A program made the translations under genes and the position numbers. Under the pieces are notes generated by a model. That model saw only the letters and a list, made by a program, of their open reading frames with translations, had not been told where the DNA came from and ran no database searches. From contig OY729428.2 in NCBI GenBank assembly GCA_963422375.2, positions 800,001 through 864,000 on the forward strand: a stretch of DNA of 64,000 bases, written 5' to 3'. This document shows, piece by piece, positions 54,715-64,000 of the stretch (the stretch's first letter is position 1; the number at the start of each line of letters is the position of its first letter). This DNA comes from Bryobacterales bacterium. Its GTDB lineage: Bacteria; Acidobacteriota; Terriglobia; Bryobacterales; UBA6623.

Positions 54715-57472
54715 ATGCGCCTTTCCTGGAACGAGATTCGCGCCCGCGCCGCTAGCTTCGCTCGCGACTGGAAGGACGCAGGCCGCGAACGGGCGGACAC
54801 CCAGCTCTTCTACCGCGCGTTCTGCGAGGTCTTCGGCGTCCCCTTGCGCCGGGTCGCCTCGTTCGAGTAGCCGGTCAAGAGGCTCGGGAACAAGCGAGGC
54901 TTCATCGACCTGTTCTGGAAGGGCGTGCTGCTCGTGGAACAGAAGAGCGCCGGACGCGACCTGTCCAAGGCCAGGCAGCAGGCCCTGGATTACTTCCCCG
55001 GCCTGCGGGACGCCGAGCTGCCTCGCTACCTGCTGCTGAGCGACTTCCGCACCTTCGAGCTCCACGACCTTGACGAGGACGAATCGACCGCCTTCGCATT
55101 GGAGGACCTTCCCTCCCATGTCGAGAATTGCGGGTTCATCGTCGGCGCGCGCAAGCGGACCTGCCGCGACCAGGATCCGGTCAACATCCAAGCGGCCGAG
55201 CTCGTCGGGAAGCACGAACTCGCCGAGCCCGGCAGGCCCGTGCCCGGCCTCGAGCAGTGGCTCGTGCGGCTCGTGTTCTGCCTGTTTGCCGACGACACCG
55301 GCATTTTCGAGCCCCGCGACAGCTTCCTCGAGTACGTCGAAACGCGCACCAGCGAGGACGGCGGGGACCTCGGCGCGCAGCTGGGCAACCTGTTCCATGT
55401 CCTCGACACGCCGACCGACCTCCGCAGCAGGCGTCTCGACGAGGACCTCGCCCGCTTCCCCTTTGTCGACGGCGAGCTGTTCCGCGACCAGCTCCAGCCG
55501 CCGTGGTTCGCCGCCGCCGCCAGGCGCCTCCTGATCGAGGCCTGCCACTTCGACTGGTCCCGCGTCTCGCGCGCGATCTTCGGCTCCCTCTTCCAGGCGG
55601 TCATGGACCGCGACCGGCGCCGCGCCCAGGGTGCCCACTACACCACCGAGAAGAACATCCTCAAGGTCATCGCGCCCCTGTTCCTGGACGCCCTGCGCGC
55701 CCCCTTCCGGCGTATCTGCCAGCGCAAGGGCAACTCGCGCCGCTACGCCCTCCGCGCCTTCCGCCAGCAACTCGGCGAGATGACCTTCTTCGACCCCGCC
55801 TGCGGCTGCGGCAACTTCCTCGTCGTCGCCTACCGCGAGCTGCGCCTGCTCGAAATCGACGTGGTCCGCGAGCTGCGCGCCAATTCCGCCGCCGCAGGGC
55901 AGCGCGAGATCGATGTCGCGGGGCTCTCCCGGGTCGCCGTCGACCAGTTCCACGGCATCGAAATCGGCGCCTTCCCGGCGCGCGTCGCCGAGACGGCCCT
56001 GTGGATGACGGACCACCTCATGAACAGCCGCCCGAGACTCGAGTGCGGCGAGAGCTATGCCCGCATTCCCCTGCGCAAGGCGTCCCGCATCGTCCGCGCG
56101 GACGCGCTGGAGACTGCCTGGGCCGACGTGCTGCCGCCCGAGCGCTGCTCCTTCGTCCTCGGCAATCCTCCCTTCGTCGGGGCCAAGCACCAAACCCCGG
56201 CGCAGCGCGCGCAAGTGCGCCGGGCGGCAGCGGCGGGACGCCGGACTGCGCGGCGGCGTGGTTCGCGCGCGCCGCGGCATGCATCCTCGAGGGCGCGGCC
56301 GAGATCGGGTTCGTGGCCACGAACTCGATCTCGCAGGGCGAGCAGGCGGGCCAGCTCTGGCCCGTGCTGCTGGAGCGCCACGGCATGGAGATCTCCTTCG
56401 CCCACCGCGCGTTCGCCCAGGGCTCCGGGGCCCCGCGGGCAGGCGCACGTGCATGTGGTGATCGTGGGCCTGCGCCAGCGGGGACGCCCCGGCCCGAAGC
56501 GCCTGTTCTCTTACGCGACACCCGCGGCGGAGCCCGAGGAAACCGCTCGCCGGGCGATCTCGCCGTACCTGTTCGACGCGAGCCGCCTGCGCAACCCGCG
56601 CCTCGCGGTGCGCGAGGCATCCCGGCCTCTCAACGGCCTGCCCCGTCTCGTGATCGGATCGAAGCCGATCGACGGCGGCCACTACATCTTCACGCCTGCC
56701 GAGAAGGAACGGTTCCTCGCCAAGGAGCCCGCTGCCGCGCGCTTGTTCCGTCCGTACGTCGGCAGCCAGGAGTTCCTCGCCGGGACACGCCGCTGGATTC
56801 TGGCACTGCATGGCGCGTCCCCCAGCGAGCTGCAGCGCCCCGACCAAGGCGCTGGCCGACACGCCGACGCTCTACCACGTCAACGTGATTCCGACCGAGC
56901 CCTTCCTCGTAATCCCGCAAGTGAGCTCCGAGAGAAGGCCGTACGTGCCGATAGGCCGGATGCAGCCACCCACCGTGCCGAGCAACCTAGTATGCGTGCT
57001 CGAGCACGCGGAGAACGGTGTTTTCGCGCTGCTCACGTCCGCCATGCACATGAGCTGGATGCGCCACATCGGCGGCAGGCTAGAGAGTCGGTATCGCTAC
57101 TCGATCGGTCTGGTGTACAACACGTTCCCGCTGCCAGCAGGCGGCCAGCCCGCCCTCGCCAAGCTCGAACGGCTGGGAGACGCCATCCTAGAGGCCCGCG
57201 CCGAACACCCGGGAGCATCTCTGAGCGACCTGTACGACCCCGTGCTGATGCCCGCACGCCTGCGCAGGGCCCACCGCAGGCTCGACCAAGCCGTGGACCG
57301 GCTGTACCGCCGCCCGGCCTTCCAGTCAGACAGGGAGCGCGCCGAACACCTGCTCGGCCTGTACGAGAGCATGAGCGATCCGTTGCGCAGTTCCGCCAGG
57401 TCGCCCGTGCGCGCCCCGCGCCCCGGGCCTCGCGCCAAGTTTCCGCGCTCGGGGCCGGCTACAACTGGCTGA
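54715..57472 (+). pseudogene. MmeI-like (Type IIL/YeeA-family) restriction endonuclease-N6-adenine methyltransferase fusion, copy 1
   Basis: MRLSWNEIRARA; IDLFW..VEQKS (PD-ExK); GAHYT; DPACGCGNF (motif I); GNPPF (motif IV); VSSERRPYVPIG; SLSDLYDP; TAG at 54868 plus frameshifts near 56220, 56420 and 56835. Confidence 0.9.
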
Positions 57473-57716
57473 GCCCCATTCCATCGCAGTCCCTTCGATG
57501 GCAACCGTGCCCCTGCCGGTCAAACCGTCGGTCGCTTGGCACACTGAACTGCTGGACGCGACTTCTGGGCGCGGACGGCGACGAGAACACAATGGTTGAG
57601 CGAATCAGCCACGCACCGGCAGCATGACGCAAGAAGCGGTCGCGGTCTGAATTCCTACACCACTCGCGCAACCCTACGCCGCGCCCGGACGGCTCCGTCG
57701 ACTTCCAAGCATCCCG

Positions 57717-59495
57717 TTCGTCGACCCCGCCTGCGGCTGCGGCAACTTCCCCGTCGTCGCCTACCGCGAGCTGCCCCTGCTCGAAATCGATCTAGTCCGC
57801 GAGCTGCGCGCCAATTCCTCCGCCGCAGGGCAGCGCTAGATCGATGTCGCGGGGCTCTCCCGGGTCGCCGTCGACCAGTTCCACGGCATCGAAATCGGCG
57901 CCTTCCCGGCGCGCATCACCGAGACGCCGCTGTGGATGACGGACCCCCTCATGAACAGCCGCCCGAGACTCGAGTGCGGCGAGAGCTATGCCCGCATCCC
58001 CCTGCGCAAGGCGTCCCGCATCGTCCGCGCGGACGCGCTGGAGACCGCCTGGGCCGACGTGCCGCCGCCCCAGCGCTGGTCCTTCGTCCTCGGCAATCCT
58101 CCCTTCGCCGGGGCCAAGCACCAAACCCCGGCGCAGCCTGCGCAAGTGCGGCGGATCGCCGCGCCGGGCGGCAGCGGCGGGACGCCGGACTGCGTGGCGG
58201 CGTGGTTCGCAGGCGCCGCGGCATGCATCCGCGAGGGCGCGGCCGAGATCCGGTTCGTGGCCACGAACTCGATCGCACAGGGCGAGCAGACGGGCCGGCT
58301 CTGGCCCGTGCTGCTGGAGCGCCACGGCATGGAGATCTCCTTCGCCCATCGCGCGTTCGCCTGGGTCTCCGAGGCCCGCGGGCAGGCGCACGTGCATGTG
58401 GTGACCGTGGGCCTGCGCCGGCAGGGACGCCCCGGCCCGAAGCGCCTGTTCTCTTACGCGGGTGTTCATGAGGTGGTCCGTCATCCACAGCGGACACCCG
58501 CGACGGAGCCCGAGGAAACCGCTCGCCGGGCGATCTCGCCGTACCTGCTCGACGCGAGCCGCCCACGCAACCCGCGCCTCGCGGTGCGCGAGGCATCCCG
58601 GCCTCTCAACGGCCTGCCCCGTCCCGTGATCGGATCGAAGCGGATCAACGGCGGCCACTACGTCTTCACAGCCTCGGAGAGAGAGCGATTCCTCGCCGAG
58701 GAACCCGGCGCGGAGGGATTCCGTCGCCCGCATGTCGGCGGCAGGGAGTTCCTTGCCGGAATGCACCGCTGGATTCTGGCGCCGCATGACGCCCCGTCGG
58801 CCGTGCTCGGCACGCTGCCCAAAGTCGCAGAGCGCGTCGCGGCAGTCCGGGCGTACCGATTGCCCAGCCCAAGCGCTCCGACCAAGGCCTTGGCCGATAG
58901 GCCGACGGCATTTCACGTCAGAGTTATCCCGTCCAATCCATCCCTCATCGTGCCTGGGGTCGGTTCGGAACGCCCGGTATATGGCCCGATCAGCTGGATG
59001 GAACCACCCGAAATCCCAAGCGACGCGGCTACCGTCCTGGACGGCGCCCCCTCGGCTCTAGTCGGCCCGCTGATGTCCGCCATGCACATGAGCTGGCTGC
59101 GCCTTGTCGGCGGCCGACTGGAGAACCGGTACCGGTCCTCGATCAGCCTGGTCTACAACGCCTTCCCGCTCCCGCCGGGGAGCCAAGCCGCGCCGGCAAG
59201 TCTCGGATCAATGGGAGACGCGATCCTGCATGCGAGGGCCGAGCACCCGGAAGCATCGCTGAGCGACCTCTACGACCCCACGCTGATGCCGACTCGGCTC
59301 CGCGCGACGCACCGCAGGCTCGACCAAGCGGTAGACCGGCTGTACCGCCGCGCCGGCTTCGCTTCGGACCGCGAGCGCGCCGAGCAGCTGCTGGCCCTCT
59401 ACGAGAGGAAGGCGGACCCGCCGACCGATTCTTCGGGACCGGAGGAGCGCCGGCATCGCACAGCTTCTCGAGGCAAGCAGGGAAGGTCGCGCTAG
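57717..59495 (+). pseudogene. MmeI-like partial copy 2 (methyltransferase motif I to C-terminus), no nuclease domain
   Basis: Starts at DPACGCGN; TAG at 57837; ORF 57936-59495 has GNPPF, ATNSI, target-recognition region and SLSDLYDP; nearly identical to copy 1 until about 58670, then divergent. Confidence 0.88.
58461..58493 (-). repeat. 33-nt inverted copy of 57927-57959 / 55997-56029
   Basis: Revcomp CCGCTGTGGATGACGGACCACCTCATGAACACC; absent at the equivalent site of copy 1 (after 56517). Confidence 0.9.
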
Positions 59496-59624
59496 GCGTC
59501 ACGCGACGACAGGCGGCTGACTCGAACTGCCGGGCAACCGCTCCGAGCGGGCGACAGCGACTGCCGAATCGCAGCCGGGATAGGGATGACCGGGCCATCG
59601 CAGCCGATAACCCGGCACCAGTCT

Positions 59625-62600
59625 CTAGTCGCCTTCAGCGGGTCGGAAGGGCTCGCTCACGATGCCCCGTCGGCGCCGGCTGGAGATCCACTGCGCAAGC
59701 TCTTCCAGCGTCGCGTACACCACCGGGATGAACACCAGCGTAATCAGCGTCGATGTCAGCAGGCCGCCGATCACCACGCGCGCCATCGGCACCTGCAGTT
59801 CCGACCCCTCGCCCAGGCCCAAGGCCATGGGGGTCAGGCCCAGCACGGTCGTCACAGTCGTCATGAGAATCGGACGCAGCCGGCGGCGCCCCGAAGTGGT
59901 CACCGACTCCATGATGGAGAGGCCGTGGTCGCGACGCAGCTGGTTCGTGTAATCGATCAGCACGATCGCGTTGTTGACGACGATGCCGACCAGCACGATC
60001 ACCCCGAGAAAGCCCTGCATGTTGAACGTGGTTCCCGTGATCACCAGCATCGTGACGATCCCGATGGCCGCCAGCGGGACCGAGAACAGGATGATGAATG
60101 GGTCGCGCAGGGACTCGAACTGTGCCGCCATCACCATGTAGACGAGCAGTAGCGCCAGGATCGCCGCGAAGGTCAGCTCCCGGAACGACTGCTGCTGATC
60201 CTCCCACTCGCCGCCGAAGCGGATCTCATACCCTTCCGGGCGGCTGATTTGCGCGACTTGGGTGCGGAGATCCGCGATGATGCTGCCCAGATCCCGGTCG
60301 GCGATCGTGCCGCTGACGTAGACGATCCGCTCCTGGTCGACCCTGTTGATCTCCACCGGGCCTTCCTGGCGGTTCAGCTGCACCACGTCGTTGGCGTAGA
60401 TCAGCTCGCCGCGCGGCGTTCGCAGCGGGATGCGGCCGACCTGCGACAGTTCCAGCCGGTCCTCCTCGCGCAGGCGCACGACGATGTCGTACTCGTCGCC
60501 CTCCTCGCGGTAGAACGACGACCGGCGGCCGCCGACCGCGGTCTCGAGCGTGTCGGCGACTTCCGACACCGACATCCCCATGCTGGCCGCCCGCAAGCGA
60601 TCGACACGGACCACCATCTCGGGCGACCCGGGCCGACGGCTGACCTGCGCCTCCGCCACGCCGTCCACGGACAGCATCGCGTCGCGAACCTGCAGCGCGA
60701 GCGCGTTGGTCGTATCCGGGGAGTAGCCCCGCACGGTGATCTGCAGGCGGTCGCCCGACCCGTCGCCGCCTCCGCCGCGCCGCCGGCCGAAATTGCCGCT
60801 CGAGATTCTGGTGCGCAGCTGCACGCCAGGCGCCACGGCCATCAGCATCGGGCGCAGGATGTTGGTGATCTCCCGCGCCGTGCGCTCCCTCTGGGACTGG
60901 TCCACCAGCGTGATGCGCAGCTCGCCGACATGCGTCGCGATCGACCGGAAGGGGCTGTCGCTGCCGGCCTCGGTCATGATGTAGTCCAGCTCGGGCACCT
61001 GGTCGATCACGATGCGCTCCATGCGATCCACGATCTCCTTGGTCACCTCGGCGCGGGTCCCGGGCTCGGACTCGAGGTTGATCCGGATCTGGCCCTCGTC
61101 AACCTGCGGCTCCAGCTCCACCCCCACGTAGCCGCCCAGCCACAGGGCGCACGCGAAAGAGGCCACGGCGAACAGCGTCACCAAGGCGCGGTTGCCCAGC
61201 GCCCAGCGGATTACGTCCGAATAGCTCGCCGACATCGCGAGCATGGCGCGCTCCGCGTACCGCAGGAGGCGCGCCTGGCTCTGCCCGCTGGTGCCGTGCC
61301 GCCGCGCGCAGAGCGTCGGCACCACCGTTAGGGCTACGACCAGCGAGCACAGCAGCGAGAAGCTCACCACCCAAGCCAGCTGCTGGAACTGTTGCGCGGA
61401 GTAGCCGCCGATGAACAGCACAGGGACGAACACCGCGATGGTCGTCAGCGTGGAGGCCGTGATGGCCGTCGCCACCTCCCGGCTGCCGACCAGCGCCGCC
61501 TCGCGCCCCGGACGGCCCTCCTCGCGGTGCCGGTAGATGTTCTCGAGCACCACGATGGCGTTGTCCACCAGCATCCCGACGCCCAGCGCCAAGCCGCCGA
61601 ACGAGACGATGTTCAGCGTGAAGCCGTTGAAGTACATCAGCGCGAACGTCGACACCACCGAGATCGGAATCGCCGCGCCGATGATCAGCGTGCTCGACAG
61701 GCTGCGCAGGAACAGCAGCAGCACGAACACGGCCAGGACCGCGCCAACCCCGGCAGCGGTCTCCACGTTCTGGATGGCCGCGTTGATGAAGTCGGCCGTG
61801 TCCATCGTCTTCTCGATGCGGATGTTCGGGTAGTCGGCGTGGAGCGCGTCCACTTCGTCCCACACCGCGTCCGACACCTTGACCGTGTTCGAGCCGGACT
61901 GCTTGAACATGATCAGGCGCAGGGCCTCCTTGCCGTTCACGCCGACGTAGTGCCGGATGTCGGGATGGGAGTCCTCCACTTCGGCGATGTCCCGCACGTA
62001 GACGGGAATGCCTTCGCGCGAGGTCAGCGCGACGTTCAGGATCTGATTGACGCTGTCGAACTCGCCGCTGGTGCGCAGCAGGACGTCGAAGCGGCCTTCC
62101 TTCACCGGTCCCACGGGCCGGTTGAGGTTCTCCTGGCGGATCGTGTTCACGACCTGGGCCACGGACAGGTCCAGCGCGCGCAGCTTTTCCAGGTTGAGGT
62201 CGACGTGGATTTCGCGGCGCAAGCCGCCCCCGACCCGCACCTGGCCGACTCCCTTGATGCGCTCGAAGCGGTACAGGATGTTCTTCTCCGTGAACATCCG
62301 CAGCTCGCGCGGGTCCATGTCGGGCGTCGCGACCGTCAGGAACATGATCGGGAACTGGGTCACGTCGAACTTGAAGATCGTCGGCGGCTCGATGTCGTCC
62401 GGCAGGGACCGGCGCCCGCGGTCCAGGCGGGACCGCACCTCGTCCGCCGCGACGTCGATGTCCGTGCCGAACGCGAACTCGACGCGCACGGCCGAGCGGC
62501 CCTCGCTCGAGGTCGAGGTCACCCGCTCGACGCCCGGCGCGGCGGAGACGATCTGCTCCAAGGGCCGGCTGATCAGCGTCTCGACCTCCTCGGGGCCGAC

Positions 62601-62759
62601 GCCTTCGTAGTCGGTCGTGATGCTGAGCGTGGTGAAGTTCACCTCAGGCATCAGGTCGACCGGAATCTCGGTGAAGGCGATTGCTCCCAGCAGCATGCAC
62701 ACCATCACTGCCATGAGGATGGTGACAGGCCGCTTGATGGAAAACTCTGAAAGGCTCAT
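59625..62759 (-). CDS. RND efflux transporter permease (AcrB/AcrD/AcrF family)
   Basis: ATG 62759 [45 protein letters not shown]; 1044 aa. Confidence 0.95.
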   Translation of the reverse strand: MSLSEFSIKRPVTILMAVMVCMLLGAIAFTEIPVDLMPEVNFTTLSITTDYEGVGPEEVETLISRPLEQIVSAAPGVERVTSTSSEGRSAVRVEFAFGTDIDVAADEVRSRLDRGRRSLPDDIEPPTIFKFDVTQFPIMFLTVATPDMDPRELRMFTEKNILYRFERIKGVGQVRVGGGLRREIHVDLNLEKLRALDLSVAQVVNTIRQENLNRPVGPVKEGRFDVLLRTSGEFDSVNQILNVALTSREGIPVYVRDIAEVEDSHPDIRHYVGVNGKEALRLIMFKQSGSNTVKVSDAVWDEVDALHADYPNIRIEKTMDTADFINAAIQNVETAAGVGAVLAVFVLLLFLRSLSSTLIIGAAIPISVVSTFALMYFNGFTLNIVSFGGLALGVGMLVDNAIVVLENIYRHREEGRPGREAALVGSREVATAITASTLTTIAVFVPVLFIGGYSAQQFQQLAWVVSFSLLCSLVVALTVVPTLCARRHGTSGQSQARLLRYAERAMLAMSASYSDVIRWALGNRALVTLFAVASFACALWLGGYVGVELEPQVDEGQIRINLESEPGTRAEVTKEIVDRMERIVIDQVPELDYIMTEAGSDSPFRSIATHVGELRITLVDQSQRERTAREITNILRPMLMAVAPGVQLRTRISSGNFGRRRGGGGDGSGDRLQITVRGYSPDTTNALALQVRDAMLSVDGVAEAQVSRRPGSPEMVVRVDRLRAASMGMSVSEVADTLETAVGGRRSSFYREEGDEYDIVVRLREEDRLELSQVGRIPLRTPRGELIYANDVVQLNRQEGPVEINRVDQERIVYVSGTIADRDLGSIIADLRTQVAQISRPEGYEIRFGGEWEDQQQSFRELTFAAILALLLVYMVMAAQFESLRDPFIILFSVPLAAIGIVTMLVITGTTFNMQGFLGVIVLVGIVVNNAIVLIDYTNQLRRDHGLSIMESVTTSGRRRLRPILMTTVTTVLGLTPMALGLGEGSELQVPMARVVIGGLLTSTLITLVFIPVVYATLEELAQWISSRRRRGIVSEPFRPAEGD

Positions 62760-62862
62760 GTATCTGTCCCCGGGCGCGGCGGATTCCGGCCTCGGCGCGG
62801 ACGCGCGCACCCATACCGTATGGCGCTTGCGGGCTATGCTTCGGTTACCCTCGGCCCGGCGC

Positions 62863-64000
62863 CTAGTCCCCGGCGACGGCCTCGAGCGCCTCGCCGGCGG
62901 GCCGCCGCCACCGCCGCGGCACGCTGGAGCCCTCGAACGCCACGTACATGACTGGAATGAAGACCAGCGTGATCAGCGTCGAAGTCGCGAGCCCGCCGAT
63001 GACCACGCGGGCCATCGGGGCCTGCAGCTCCGAGCCCTCCCCGAGCCCCAGCGCCATCGGCGCGAGACCCAGCACGGTGGTGATCGTGGTCATCAGGATG
63101 GGCCGCATCCGGCGCATCCCGGCCGTGATGACCGCACGGTGGAGCCCGAGGCCGTGCTCGCGCCGCAGGAGATTCGTGTAGTCCACCAGCACGATGGCGT
63201 TGTTCACGACGATGCCCACCAGCACGATCACCCCGAGGAAGGCCTGCTGGTTGAAGGTGGTCTCCGTCAGCAGCAGGATCAGGACGACGCCGATGGCGGC
63301 CAAGGGCACCGACAGCAGGATCAGGAACGGATCCCGCAGCGACTCGAACTGCGCGGCCATCACCATATACACGAGGATCAGGGCCAGAATCGCGGCGAGG
63401 GTGAGGTTGCGGAACGTCTCCTGCTGCTCCTCGTACTCGCCGCCGAACTCGACCGAGAAGCCCTCGGGCATCGCGAGGCCGGCGATCTCGGCCTCCAAGT
63501 CGCGAACCACGCTGCCCAGATCCCGGTCGGCGATGGCGCCGCTGACGAACACGCGGCGCTCCTGGTCGACGCGGCTGATATATGTAGGCCCCTCCTGCCG
63601 CCGCAGCTCGATCACGCTCTCGGCGGGGATGGTCCGGCCCTGCGGGGTCGTCAGCGGGACCCGCCCGACGTTGCCGATCTCGAGGCGGTCCTCCGCGCGC
63701 AGCCGGACGAGGATGTTGTACTCGTCGCCTTCCTTGCGATACATCGAGCTGCGCGTGCCGCCGATCGCGGTCTCGAGAGTGGTCGCGACGTCGGAGACGT
63801 TGAGACCTAGGTTCGCCGCACGCATGCGGTCGACCTCGACCAGCATCTCCGGCATGCCCGGCCGCTGGCTGATCGTCGGCTCGGCGATGCCGGGCACGCC
63901 TTCCATCGTCTCGCGGATGGTCTCGGCCAGCTGCGCGGCCGTGTCGATGTTGTGCCCGCGAATCTCGACGGTCAGCCGGTCGTCGTTGTCCGAGCTGCCC
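62863..64000 (-). CDS. RND efflux transporter permease, second paralog (5' part outside the window)
   Basis: [28 protein letters not shown]; open to the window edge. Confidence 0.92.
   Translation of the reverse strand, partial: GSSDNDDRLTVEIRGHNIDTAAQLAETIRETMEGVPGIAEPTISQRPGMPEMLVEVDRMRAANLGLNVSDVATTLETAIGGTRSSMYRKEGDEYNILVRLRAEDRLEIGNVGRVPLTTPQGRTIPAESVIELRRQEGPTYISRVDQERRVFVSGAIADRDLGSVVRDLEAEIAGLAMPEGFSVEFGGEYEEQQETFRNLTLAAILALILVYMVMAAQFESLRDPFLILLSVPLAAIGVVLILLLTETTFNQQAFLGVIVLVGIVVNNAIVLVDYTNLLRREHGLGLHRAVITAGMRRMRPILMTTITTVLGLAPMALGLGEGSELQAPMARVVIGGLATSTLITLVFIPVMYVAFEGSSVPRRWRRPAGEALEAVAGD

Noticed and set aside
55786..59410. Diversity-generating retroelement TR/VR pair
   Set aside because: Differences between the copies are not adenine-specific, the repeat is far too long, and no reverse transcriptase is present

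Overview
High-GC bacterial chromosome segment. Gene content (Oar-like TonB-dependent receptors, TPR plus CRTAC1/ASPIC-UnbV module, sulfatases, pilC-pilB-pilMNOP-like cluster, sdhCAB) suggests Acidobacteriota; this is an inference. Intact blocks: two divergent TonB receptor loci (2.7-12.5 kb), three sulfatases, aroA, lytic transglycosylase, amidase, icd-mdh-small protein-sdhCAB-mutY, lepB, manC, LytTR regulator plus TonB receptor, a type IV pilus/T2SS-like cluster and two tandem RND permeases. Between them lie four decayed accessory patches: (i) a frameshifted tyrosine recombinase at the left edge; (ii) an IS1634 remnant next to a broken NHL-repeat gene; (iii) an AT-richer AAA ATPase plus DUF3226-like putative defence pair; (iv) a 51-59.5 kb island with a DUF3991/Toprim fragment, an IS1380-like relic enclosing an M48 peptidase gene, and an MmeI-like restriction-methyltransferase followed by a partial second copy. 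That copy has a divergent target-recognition region and a 33-nt inverted templated insertion. A multi-hairpin candidate RNA lies upstream of sdhC. I found no CRISPR array, rRNA or tRNA. All family calls come from motif recognition by eye, not database searches.
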